Shown here one piece after another: positions 43,153 through 58,010 of a stretch of DNA of 64,000 nucleotides. This stretch comes from the human T2T-CHM13v2.0 reference genome, Homo sapiens. How positions within the stretch are numbered: position 1 is the first letter of the stretch; each line of letters opens with the position of its first letter. The position numbers and the translations under genes were made by a program. Below the pieces are notes generated by a model. The model worked only from the letters and a program-made list of their open reading frames with translations. It did not search any database and was not told where the DNA came from. The stretch lies in the NCBI RefSeq assembly GCF_009914755.1, contig NC_060929.1; one strand, written 5' to 3'.

Positions 43153-45089
43153 TGAGAGCCCCGGGCAGTTCATTTGCTCCTGATGCAGGTTTCTCTTATA
43201 CTAACCAGTTAATAATCACACTTTGAGAAATCCTTATTTAATGCTTCTAATTAACTTTTGTCTTTCTAACTGTTTACATTCTATAATAAAGAAGAATTAA
43301 GGAAAATCTTTTCTTTTTCTGATTATTGAAGTATAACATATCCACCCTAAACCATTTGTTTCTCTGAAGTATGTAATATAGAAAAACCATGGATGCCATA
43401 ATCCCCTTTTATTTGGACATGTATTTCTCCACTTTTTCCCTATATGGATATTAATGTTTATTATTGTTATCTTGTTGAACACATCCCACAACGCAAACAC
43501 GTTTGTCACTTGGCTTTTGACTTAACGCTTACCCTTGACCCTTTCCTATGTGTGTAGGTTGTGTTTTGTCGTGAGGATTGCCGCATTGAAGAGTCTAAGG
43601 CTGGGCTAGAGGTTTCCCGGTTTTATTCCCATTGGCGTATTCAGGGGTATTTATGTCCTCATTCCTTTGGTGACAGTCTTTTAAAATCTTTGCCAATCTG
43701 ATAAAACCATGTGTTAACGCTTTTAAATTTATATTTCTTTAATGATTAGTGGGGTTAAACACATTGCTACTTATGAATTCCACAAATTTTGATTGAGCGT
43801 CTGTTAGGTGAGATACCATTCTTACTGTTGGTGATAAAATCGTTGGCGGACGGGTGACAGAACAGGTGGTGGAGAGCCCAGCTCCAGGCGCGTGTCCCTG
43901 GGCCTTCTCCTCTGTGTGGCTCTGTGTGCTGTCCGCCCGGTTGCTGGCTGCCCTCCTCTGCTGTGTGCAAGGCCTGTGTGTGTCGGGGAAGCCTTTCTTG
44001 TCACACATGTCATACTTTTTCCAATTTGTTTTTTGCATTTGTATTTTTTTATTCAGCTCCTATACATTTAAAAAAACACCTCAGATTTAATGGTTGTTTT
44101 TGTTTTATGGCTTCTGGGATGTGAGCTTTATTTATTTCCTAAAGATCGTCTCAAGGAAAACACATTGGCTGATGTGTTTTGTTGTTGTTTATAGATGGCA
44201 TGATTTGTGCAGGCTCTTGAGTGGTTTTCTTGGTAGCACGGTATGGCAGTGTATCATCCATTTTTGTCCGTTGGATGAGTCACATTGGAGACATTGGCAT
44301 TGTCTTCAAGTGTCTGCTGAAATGTACTCAAAAAACAAAGACCCACATAATCGTTGAGTTATAATATAAATCTAGAAAAGATAAAACTCCAGTACTTAGA
44401 ACATATATCCTTTAAAAGAAATCCACACTTAACCTGATTGTGAAGAATGAGTTGTTTGTAGATTAAAATTCGAAACAGTGCTTTTCTTATGAAAATTAAG
44501 CTTCTCCTGACTGGCTTCCTTGGTGACTGCTGTGACAGATTCCTTTGATTTGCTGTCCCAGTTTTCCACACGTGAGAATTCACATTCCATTCTAAAGGAT
44601 TTACTTCCTGTAGGTTCCATTAGCGTTGACTGAGTTGTGATGCACTTGGGGTGAGCTGCCCTTCTACCTGCCCTGTTGGGGCACTGTGAGGCCTCCTGAT
44701 TGTCAGATCAGCGATCACAGTGGGTCGGTGCTGCTGGTCTGCACAATGGTAGTCTTTGGCTTCCTCATGTTTCTGCCACCTGGAGAGGTGGCTTTTTGTG
44801 GGCTGTCACTCCGTCTGTGAATGGCAGCCGCCTCCGTGAGGTGGGCCATGAGCACAGGGGCACTGATGATGCAGACCAGTCCTCTCGGCACTCACAGACT
44901 GTGCCCTGTGCATGGTGATTGACAGGGCCTTTGCCAGTGCCAAGTGCCACCCGTGCCCATTGTGTTCGCCTGTCTGGGCTTTGCTGGTAGGGTCTGGAAG
45001 AGTTTCAGTGGTGAGGGCCTGCTTCAGAGTCACTTGTATGAGAAGATCCGAAACATGTGGACGATGGTGTGCATGTGGGGAGGGTCTGA

Positions 45090-45236
<147 letters not shown>

Positions 45237-46178
45237 TAATGGGTTGTGTGTCTGCGTCTGGGCTCAGCGTGCCTGTGGGATGGTACTTATCCCTTTCCTG
45301 TGTCATTTACCTCCATGAAATTTATGAAGGGATGTTCTGCCATATTTCAGTAGAATCTAGATATGTTGGTGAAGGAAGGCCTTCTAGGAATATGGGATGG
45401 CTGTGTGGGATTCATCCATGGTTGAGAGTTGAAAATTTCTTTCTTGGAGATTTGACATTTTCTTCAGGGTCTTTTGTTTTGGGGAGGTGATTTCTGGCTT
45501 TTAAAATTCAGTCCCTACCATCTTCTCTTATGTACACTCGTCCCTTGTTCTACATTTTGGGGCATTTTTACAGTCCCAAAATGTAGTCAGAAGTATTTAC
45601 TTCTCACCCAGATCATGCTGTGGTAGTGGAAAGGGTGGTATTTGAAGGGGTGGGAGATGAGATAGGAATGGGAAGGAAGAGTAACGTGGTCGTCAAGAGT
45701 GGAATTCGAAACAGTTTGATAGATCTGTTCTGTGGTGGATGATGGAATAAACAGGTTTCGAGGCCTGGCTCAGCAGCCGCTGCAGGTGCTGGTGGTGCTG
45801 GAGCTCTGTGTGTTCCTGAGCCGCTGTCTGCTCGGTGTTTTCAGGCGGAGCTCTGGGCCCCATGTAGGGCACTCGTCTCGGTACCGTCTCCATTCTCGTC
45901 CGTGCAGTGGGAAGTGAAATGTCAGCACTGTATGATCATCGTGGGTGGGAAGGCCCCGCTCCCCTACTTGGAGCTGCATTTCACAGTGGTCTTCTGTAGG
46001 TAGATGTACTGCGATCCCAGGGTATGCTTGAGCTGAATCATTAAAAGTCAGAGATATTTGTCAACGTATTTTAGCTCCTTTCCTACTGTCCTTCACCTAG
46101 CGAGATGATCTGTTAGGGGTATAAGGTAGCTGTTCGAGAGGGGTTCTCAGCTCCCTGACACCTGTTGTACTCTGTTGA

Positions 46179-46331
<153 letters not shown>

Positions 46332-46452
46332 TAACCACTGGCTGGCATGTTCATGCAGAAGTGTCTCTATTCCTTTGTGGTAAATTGGTCAAATTAAGAA
46401 AATAGCTAGTTTTTCTGATGAGCATTAATTAAGAAGACAATAAGATCTAGAG

Positions 46453-46936
46453 CAGCACTGTCCAGTAGAAGCAATATAATGCATGCCACACATAGAATTT
46501 CAAAGTTTCTAGGCTGTGTCAAATGTGAAAAGAAACAGGTGAAATAATTTTGATAGATTTTATTCCACTCAAGTCAAAATATTAACATTTCAACATGTAA
46601 TCAACATAAAAATAATTAAGATATTTTATAGCTGTTTCTTGTACTGTCTGAAATCCGGTGTGTATTTATTCGTACTTATAGTACATCCTAATTAGGATGC
46701 TAAATTTTCGTAAAAAATACTTGATCTATATTTAGATTTTAGAAAGTTCACAGTTGAAGATGATTTGCATACCCAAGTTATTACAAACATGTTTAATGTT
46801 TTCCAACAACTAATTGAATGTAATTTTTAAAATTAAATTAGGCAAAACCTAATGTTGGGTTTGTTAGTCACATTAGCAGCGTTCCCGGCTCAGCAGAGCC
46901 CGTGACTGATGCTGCCGGGGCGGCTCCACGCCGCAG
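46453..46936. mobile_element. MER33/Charlie1-derived hAT element filling most of intron 9
   Basis: cagcactgtccagtaga..aaagaaacaggtgaaataatttt..catttcaacatgtaatcaa..gaaatccggtgtgtattt. Confidence 0.75.
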
Positions 46937-46953
46937 TTCTCAGGAGTTATTAA

Positions 46954-47199
<246 letters not shown>

Positions 47200-47575
47200 T
47201 AAATGTCCATAGCCGCGAGCTTAAAATCTCCCCCTTGGTTTTGCTCAGGTTTTGTTTCCTTGTATGTGTGTGGAGGTGGGTGGGGGGCAGCCCCGTGATG
47301 TGGGCACCAGGCTTCCTTTCCCCTGCCGTGAACCTTCAGAACCTGTCTGTGCGACTCATGCAGCTGTCGAGGGCAGTAATCCTCTAAATGGTTGAACTAC
47401 AGTGGACTTCCTTGAGTAGTTTTTAAAAATTTATTTGAAGATTAAAAAAAAAATTAAATCCAAGTATCTCTTCTGTATTTCCTTTAACATTCTTTTTCAG
47501 TTGTGATGAAATTACTTGAAGGAAGCCTGGGTAGGTTTGGGCTGCCTGTTCAGAAGTTAGACTTAATTTGAATAA

Positions 47576-47920
<345 letters not shown>

Positions 47921-49517
47921 TGATGGTCCTTTGAATTAGAAGAGTAACTTTTTGAGTCTTTGGCCATTGGTGTGTTGTTCTAGGAAATCCTCTCTTTTTT
48001 GTGGTGTTGAGGTCCCCCATGTATAGTTTCAGCAGCGAGGACACTGTGGTTCTTGAGCGCTGCCGTGGCTTTTCACGGGGGCCAGGTTGACTGCCTTCCT
48101 GCAAGTTTCCTCACTGCCCCAGCATGAGACTGCTGTCGAGGGTCATCTTGAGAGAGCGACTCAGTCACGACCCACTTAGCTGGGCGCCAAGCCGTGCCAG
48201 ACACTTGTCCCTACTTCCTCTCAGAATCTCAATGAAAGTTTTAATGTGAACTTATTAGACTTTTTTCATGTTTGAAATTAGGCATAATTTCTAAGGCTTT
48301 TTCTGTTGGAATATACTGTTTTTAAAATTTAGATAAAATTAGAAATCTAAAGGATAATTTTATAAATACTAAATTTTGTATCTACTTGCGATTATACATC
48401 ACTTGAATATGTGTGGGTATAAAACCCAACATGTTAATTGACTTAAAACCATTTTCTGAAATGTGGGGTATAATTTGAGCATAAAGCTATGTAGGTACAT
48501 GCAAAAGTGTTTTGACTCATTTCTTGGAGTTTTGCACTCTGCTCTGGGGAAGACATTCTCACAGGATCCACCGTGATTCTGGCGGAGCTTCTGGGATGCT
48601 GGCTCTGTAATGACCCACAGAGCTGATGAGCAGAGCCATGACCCAGCCGGACACCGTAACGTGTCTAATTGCAGCATAAGTGTAAAATTCAGGGGCAATT
48701 ATTTACACTCTTAAAATGAATTATACCACAGATAAACTTGGTCGCCTTTTTATGGTCATCACAGTGGCCCTGACGTCCTGGCCATGTGTCACAAAGGTGT
48801 TTGTTTTAACCACCCACAAGCCTTGGGGCCCTTGAGAGCCCAGTGCGGCTGCTGAGCTACAGAGCCACACTCTGCGGCTGCTTGTGTGGTTCGAGTGTGA
48901 AGTCCAGGGACGCTGAGGGTTTATAGGTTTTTATCTAAGAAGACTCTTGGCCACAGTCAATCTCCAGAGGTTGTTGGGGTAAATGCACGGGATGCCAAGA
49001 TGCAACCAGGTCAGTATTGCAAGTCTGAGAAAAGGGGTTCTCGTTAGCGCACTTCTGCTGCTGACAGTAACGGGTGATGCTGACATAGAAGCAGCCTGGG
49101 ACCTGGACAGCAGGCAAGGAAGGAACTGCCAGCCGTCCCACGGCCTCTCAGGCCACCAGTTGGGCCAGCCTTGGGCTGTGACCCCTGAGTTCAGCGTGTG
49201 AGTAGGGGGTTCACCACGGGGGTGACGGTTGTTCTTCTGATGACTCTAATGTCTTGATCGTTTGATCTTCAATGAGTTTCAAACTTTATGACTTGGATTA
49301 CTGGGCATACTTTATATGCCAGTTGCTGTTTTAGAATACGAAGTATTTCCAATTCAAAGCACAATATTGTTAGGTAATAGTAAAACAGACTGCTCTATGG
49401 AGCCCACATGCAACTGTGCCATTTATCAGCTGCCCTTTGGTGGTGCTGAGCTTAGAAGCCGGATGGTTTTCCTCTGATTGCTTTGGTACCCATGGCCGTC
49501 TCTCATTTTGTTCCTAG

Positions 49518-49685
<168 letters not shown>

Positions 49686-50726
49686 TAGCTCTGTCCTGGT
49701 GCATTCACCTACCTGTTCAAGCTGCCATGTGAGAGGCGGTGCTAAATGTTTTCTCCTCCAGAGAGAATTCCAGAGAGATCATTTGAAAACGGAATTTGCT
49801 TTGTTGTCATTCAGCCTGTTTGCTTGTCTTTCCAAACAAAACTTAAAAAAGTTAAATTATTTTAAGATGTAATATATAGTTTAATTGGTTGCCACAAACA
49901 TCTCTTAATTCCTCTGTTGAACTGATTAGCATAAAACTGAAGTTTGAAATAAGGCTCAAAATGAAGACTTTTCCCATTTACATAATTCATTTATATGCTA
50001 AATACCTTGGTTTTCAAGAAGCAAATGATAAAACCAAGAGCAGATCTTGCCATGATGTCCCGTGTATGCTGCTGTCATTCCCACGTTGCCTGATCCCCGC
50101 CTGGGGCAGGAGCAAGCGTCAGGGCTGGCAGAGCTGTGTGCTGGGCCTCAGCAGGGCCCTGGCATGCGTGCCCTTGTGGCTCCTCTCAAGTCCAGCTGTG
50201 TGCATGGAGGAAACAGGTCACGTTAAGTCTCTATATTCTTGAAGTACCTGAATGATTGGGAGAGCCATGGCGAGGATCTTCCAGGTCAGCCCCCGTCGTG
50301 TGTGATGTTCCTTGGGCTCTGCGGATGCTCGGTGCTTCCATCGGTGTCCACACCTCTTTATTCCGCTCCTCCTTTGCTTGTCTAATCCTATTTTGCCAGT
50401 AAGTTTTTTATTCTTGAGGCTTTGTTGGCCCTGTGTTGTATGATGATTGTTTTTAGGAGTTAAGTAATAGAACATTTCCTCTTGGATTTATCCATCCCCG
50501 ATAGACACATTCAGGGTGAAAGAACAACTTCGCACACCGGCCTCTTCTTTGCATTTTGGCTTTGCTTTCCCAGTCTCCTCCTGCTGTTTTTCTTGCTCTG
50601 AGACTTTCCTGAAGCCGGCGTGTGTTCCCTCTCAGTCTGCTTGGCCGCGACTTTGCAGTGCAGGGAATGTGCTTTGGGTGTAGCCCAAGCACAGGCTGCT
50701 GCATGCTGGGATCGACAGGCTGCTGA

Positions 50727-51114
<388 letters not shown>

Positions 51115-51320
51115 AGGGACCTTCTTATTTCTATGGATAAGTGGAACAAGTTAGAAGTGAGGTTCTGCTGAATTTGTGTGGTTTGATCCTGGTACATGGT
51201 TCTTGCCTTTAGTCATTCACGGAATGGGAAGAATGCTTTTCTCTCAGATGGAGGAGTTGGGAAGTCCCAGAGGGCAGGTGTCCATCCCTGCTCCCTATGT
51301 AACATCACGTCGGTGCTTAG

Positions 51321-51590
<270 letters not shown>

Positions 51591-53695
51591 TGGCTCCTGG
51601 CTGCGTCAGCCTCCCCCACCCCTCTGCAGACTGCCCCGCGGCCTCGGCCACCGGCAGGGGAACCGAGACCAGCACCCCGCACGTCAGCCGGGCTCGCGGC
51701 ACGCCCGCCGCTGATCACTCTGCATGTTTCTTCGTGTGGTGGTCGCGTCCATCTTCAAGAACAGCTCGTTGTGCTCATCTGTGAAGCCTTATTAAACGTG
51801 GACGTTGTTTTCTGCCTTCCCAGGATTCTTCCTTCAGTGCTGAGGCAGGTCGGGCTCAGGAACTGCAGGGACGTGAACATGCGCTTGCGGTTTGAGGTAG
51901 CCGTGTCTGTTCCTTCGCGGTTTGCTATTTTCATTTCCTGTTCGTCAAAGCAGCAGAGGAGATCAAACCCCGTTCGTGTGTCTTTCCTCCACGGATAAGC
52001 TTGGGAGGTCATTGTTTTACTGCCCTCACATTTTGTTTGAAATTTCAGAACTGTTTTTCTATGTAAATATTGAAAACTTATGATTTGTGCAATAACTCAG
52101 ATATTTTTTATTTAATTTCCTATTTTCACATAAGTTATATTTAAGGGAGGAGGGAATTTTTTTTAAACAAGCTTAGGTCCTTTCCCGAGCTGCATTTTCT
52201 AAGTTGGGTCATCGTGTCGGCTGGTTGTCTGACGAGCATCGTTACAAACACCATGATGAGGGGTTTGGGGTTTTATTTTGATGTCTTTTCTTTTGGTCGG
52301 AAGTGAGTGAAGGAGCCAGGTCGCCCTGAAGGTTTTCCAAAGGGCTTGGCTCCAGAGCCACCTGGCAGACTGCCCGTGGCCCTGCTGTCGGGCCCCAGGC
52401 CGTTGTCCTGCTCTGACCACAGAGTTTTAATGTTTTGGTTTTCACTTCTTTTAAACTGGACAACAAATCCAGCATTTCAAGTGCCAGAAGTATAACTTTC
52501 TAAGGAGAGAAGGGTTGTCACATTATAAAATCTTTAGGAAAATGTGAACTGGAAAACGCTTCGGTCAGTTTTAGTGACATAGCCTGTGATGATGGGTCTG
52601 GTGACTATTATTGCGGACCGTGGTACCCAGTTTTAGGAATGTGGAGAAAGGAATTCTGTTGATTCCGTTGAGGAATCTGTAGCGTATGCATTCGTTCTGT
52701 TAAGAGCAAATCTAGGAGAAGTGCTTCAGCTGCCCAGTGCGCCGTGGGGAGTGTTTTAACGGATCGTGTCGCAGGAGAGCACAGCCCAGCGTTGGGGCCG
52801 GGACCGCTGGCGCCCGACGTCGGAAGCATACAGGTATACTATGCAAGTGTATTCTGCCACAACAACCACTGTCTTTGTTACCTTTTTTTGAACAAGAATA
52901 TATCCATCCTGCCTAACCCTGAGTTTTTGGAGCACCACAGTTGTCCTGGGAGTTGGTTGCATCTTGTAGGCCATCTGACTTCCTGTTTTTAAAACGGGGG
53001 TCTGGTCTTGCTAAACACTACAGGTAGGTTGGTCTTTGAAGTCCACTAGTGGAGAATGTCAAGACAAGATACTTATTACCATGACATCTGATGCATGTGC
53101 AGCAGTGGGGAGTTCTAGATTGATCTCTGAATGTGATCGACGCCCAGCAAGGACAAGCTTTAAAATGTCTGCGGTCTGCCCTTTTGAAGCAGGACTGGCT
53201 CACTCTGTCATTGGGAGCTGTCAGCTGCGACTGCAGGTTCTCTAGGAGGCATTCCAGAATAGAGTAGCACACTGTGTCTGCAGTTCTCGATGACCGAAAG
53301 TTATCAAAAATATTTAAAATATTTAAATTGTGAACCTATTGATAAAGAATATTTATAAAAACTGATCTGTAGGCCTGTACTAATCTCTACGCATTAGCAA
53401 TATTGACTGTAAACCCACATTAAGGAAACCACTACGGGTCTGGCAGTGCGTGTCCCGTGGGGTGTGCATTTTAAAACTCGATTCATAGACACAGGTACCA
53501 TGTTCCATTTCCGTCATGGTGAAGCAAATGAATTGGCCTGGCTACCACTGTGGTCGCGTGCTACAGGTTTGACAAAAAGATATCATGTTTCGATTTTTTT
53601 GTGTGTGGACAACAATATGGAAGCTAAAATTGACATATTTTTATGTAAAGTTTTTCTATTCTTTGATTTTTAATAAACTTTGGAAACCAGTTTTG
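51591..53695 (+). other. TENT4A: TENT4A 3'UTR (~2.1 kb)
   Basis: Sequence with no recognisable interspersed repeat and with U-rich blocks, between the stop codon and the poly(A) signal. Confidence 0.85.
53672..53677 (+). terminator. Main polyadenylation signal AATAAA
   Basis: AATAAA with upstream TGTA (~53644) and a U-rich tract, and downstream GT-rich ttttgtgtttgtgt (~53691-53704). Confidence 0.85.
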
Positions 53696-53864
53696 TGTTT
53701 GTGTCCAAGTGTATGCTTTCAAGGGCAAGAGTGGCTTCTACATTTTCCGTATTGAATTTCTAAATTAGGGCAGTGCTTTAGCCATTTATTCTAAATAAGA
53801 TTCAAGAGAAGGCAGATGATTCCAGTCCTATAAAGCAAGTTGCAGCAGGGAGATTATGTTGTCA

Positions 53865-54134
<270 letters not shown>

Positions 54135-54341
54135 TCACATTCTGATGCTAACAGGAATTCAGTAAAACTGTTTAAATGATTCTTATATGAAGTTTCTGGC
54201 AAGCTGCTATGTGATACTATGTACTTAGACCGCCCAGGGGCAACATTTTAGCTTCTTCATTTCTTTTAGGTCAGCATTGCGTCACTTGCAAACAAGACAT
54301 TACAAACCAAACAATCATAATGTGGCTTAAAATTTAACTGA

Positions 54342-54651
<310 letters not shown>

Positions 54652-57600
54652 GACGTTTGGAATTTATGAGGAAAGGTACAAGAATTCTTCTAGGCCAGTA
54701 AGTGACAGAACTGCATGTCCCAGCCTGTGCAGCCCCTTGAGTGCATGTTCTAGAGCCATCAGCTCTAGAGTCCTTCCGGTTGTCAAGGTGGGTGTTGTGG
54801 GTAAAACACACATTCCTTCCACCTGGAGAACAGAGCAGCCCTATCCTCATGGCACCTGGTTCCTAAGAGTGTGCAGAAGCCGCTGACAGCACCATATGGT
54901 GGTGCTGGGGGGAAGACGACAGGCAGCTGAGTGGGACTCCAAAGCCTCTCCAGGGGGCAGAGCCCTGTGCAGCTTCTGCATGAGCTGCGGTGGGCAGGGT
55001 GGGGCTGGCAGGAGTTGAGCAGGGCCTCCGAGGGAACTGGAGGGCTTACAGCTAGGGGCATCTGGAGGAGGAACCCAGGACAGTGCTGAGGTGCAGGGCA
55101 CTGGAGGCAGGAGACGTGGCTGAGTTAGCCTCTGTGTTGGAGGCAGGACTGATGGGTATCCGGGGGGAGGCACTCTTGACCTGCCCTGGATTTCCCTGTG
55201 AGTTGTGATGCTTCCTACTCAGCTACTGATACCTGCAGGAGAGCTGCCTTTAGGAGGCTTCCAGGAGCAGCCTCTGGAGCAGCTGTGTTACCAGGGAGCC
55301 TGAGGCCCCACAGAGGCACCTGAGGTGTCAAATGGGTCCCGCTCTCCTCGGAAGCTGGGAGTACTGGAAGGTAAGGGCTTTCTGAGGGCACAGTGAACCT
55401 GTCCAGGCCACTACGTGAACATCAGCAAGCCCACCATGTAGTCTCGGGACCCCATGCGCTGGATCTCGTGGTAACAGGTAACCCCCTCGTGACCAGCTTC
55501 CGTGTGTTCCTTTTGATTTGCCCAGGGTCTCGAGTGCCACCTCTCTACCCTGTGAGATACGCAGAGGACCCTGTAAATGCCGTGCCCCGCATGCCTCGGC
55601 CTGGGCGTGAGCCGTACGCGGGGGAGGTGGTGACATTTGTAATCCAGACGTCGTTTCGTTGCGACTGGGTCACCTGTGATGCCCTAAGCCCTGAGAACTT
55701 TTCAGGTGTGTGTCATTATCCTCCTGCTGTTGATAACTTTTGAGGTTCTTGCCAATCCTTAGGTGACTTTGACTACCTTTGGTCAAAGGTAACTGCCTAG
55801 AATGGACAGTGGCTCCCGTTCAACAGACACACATCCCAGACACCACGCTGGGGGCTACGCCTGTTGTTTAAGAATGGCCGGAAAATATGTTGCCTGCATT
55901 GTGTCTCCAGGACCCGTGTGGGAGGGTTAACTTGGGAGGGGCAGGGTCCCACTAGCCCTAGATTGCAAGGGTAAACTGCCTGGTGTCCTTCATGGTGAGT
56001 CTTACTCCATGACTTGATCCTAGAGAAGGACCAGCTAAGGACTTCAGAGGTCTTGGAGTGAGTTCCAGGCAAGGGCAAGAAACCAAGGCTTTTCATGGGG
56101 TTCTTAGGTAAAGGACGGGGGTATGGACCAGTCACACTGGGAGGTTGAGTCCTGTCTCCTGGGAAGCCACGTGGCTGTGGGGTGAGCTTGCCCAGGGTTC
56201 CTTCCCGCCAGTGTGGATATGGCGCCCTCTGCCCAGGCCTCTGAGACGGAACGCTTGGAGCTCGGCCAATGCTTAGGTCATCATAGGTGCCGTGGGGTCA
56301 GTCACACTTGGTTGAGAGGTATGTGACTCGAGGCAGATTCCTGTCATTCCTGCTTGTATTTCATCAAGTCCTGAGTGAGGTTTGTGGGAATGGGTGCAGG
56401 TGGCTATGGCCAAATCCAGGTCTCAACAGACAGCAAACCTCCACACATCCTGCCATGTCACTGTTGGAATTTTCAAGCTGGGTGGAATCTTAAGGACCAG
56501 CTAGAGCAGCTCAGCCCCGAAAATGAGAAAGTGAAGTCCTGTGACGTGACGGGCTTCTAAAGGTCACGTGGCACATCCGCCAGGCCCCCGAGAGGGCGCT
56601 GGGTCTCGCTCCCACACCACTGCTCTTTGTAAAGTCCTGTGGCCCCTTTTTGTTGTCTGACAACATCTAGAGAAATTGCTGTGAGTTTAGGTGGAACACT
56701 GGTGCTTACATTATGATTGAGCCCCACCAGGTTCTGAAGATGTGTCTTGTGCCTGTGGCTCACGTCATGGGGAGCCTTTCAGGGACACAGTGGCATCACC
56801 AGCCAGGCCCTGTGTGTTGAAATGGTTATGGTGGAACTACGTGGGCTCATGAAACGTGAGAGGCTTCCTGTTGGACTTTTTGTGGCCAGTGTTTATAGGA
56901 TCCTGCCAGCAGAGAGCCTGGGCCTAGGACCCAAAGGCTGGAGTTAGGAGCTGGGGTGCGCAGAGCCCTGGAAGGGTTTGGCAGGCCAGGGGAGAAGGGA
57001 GTAACAGTCTCGCTCTGTGCTTCAGGCTTTTTCTTGCTGGTTCAAGTGTCCGCTAAAAGCAGCTAACGTAATCAGTACAGCTCCTCTATTTTGGGAAATC
57101 AAACCCCAAATCTTTAATTTGATTTACAAAGCTTTCCAGGATATTGCCTTTGCCTCCCTTTCCAATCGTGCCACTCGGGAGTTATTTCTGTTAGAAAATA
57201 GATATTTCCCTCTCAGTGTCCCCAAATGTGAAAGAAAAGTCATTGTCATCAGTAGTCTTGGGTAGAAGAGAGGGCAGCCGTCACTGGAAGGGGACCAGTG
57301 AGCAGGCTGTTCACAGAGCAAAAGGGAGGGTGGATCTCCATGGACAGTCACCGGCTTCAAGTCTTGCTTCTGCTGCTTCCTGGCTGTGTGTCCTTGGGCA
57401 CGTCACTTGACTCCTGTGCTCCAGTTTCCTCATCTTCCCAATGGGCCGTTGTACAGACTAAACGAGTAAATGAACATGAAGCACCTGGAGCCATGCCAGG
57501 CCCGATGTGAGCACTTGGGCCGCATGGACTCATGTTATTAGACCTGGTAGGCCCGGCGCAGGGAACCAAGCCTGTCAATTTAAAGGGGAGTGGCGGGAGG

Positions 57601-57862
57601 AACTCATTTTTAATGACAGGCAAAAAGGGAAAATATTGTAATACATGGCTTCCTATTTTCCTTTCCCCTTTTTCTTGCCTTTGAATTTATAATGTTGCTT
57701 ATTTGGTATTTAAGATTCTTGCTCTGGAGCTTTGAACATTTTGAAAGAAAAAGTGTCGTTTAATAAATGCTGTCATTTGACATTCTGGTTACTATTTTAG
57801 GGCAGCATGGTAGGTAGACACTGCTAGTTACTTACCCAATATCTATTTTCCTTTTTTTCTTC

Positions 57863-58010
57863 CAGGATTGCCAGATTTAGAAAATGAAAACGCAAAACTC
57901 CAAGTTAAATTTGAATTTAAGTAGACAATGAATACTTTTTTGGTATGTGTTCCAAATATTGCATGGGCAATTTAACTGGGTGTCCTGTATTTTATCTGGC
58001 TCAACTTTGT
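57863..58010. mobile_element. MER53 palindromic MITE (internally deleted), inside an MLT1-like LTR (~57810-58370)
   Basis: ttgccagatttag..agttaaatttgaattt..ccaaatattgcatggg..aatttaactgggtgtcctgtattttatctggc. Confidence 0.75.

Noticed and set aside
51591-53695. CNGGN pentaloop (ZCCHC14/Smaug-type) stem-loop for TENT4 autoregulation
   Set aside because: Several CTGGC pentamers are present (e.g. ~52362, ~53195, ~53440, ~53538), but by eye none closes a convincing stem. A folding scan would be needed.
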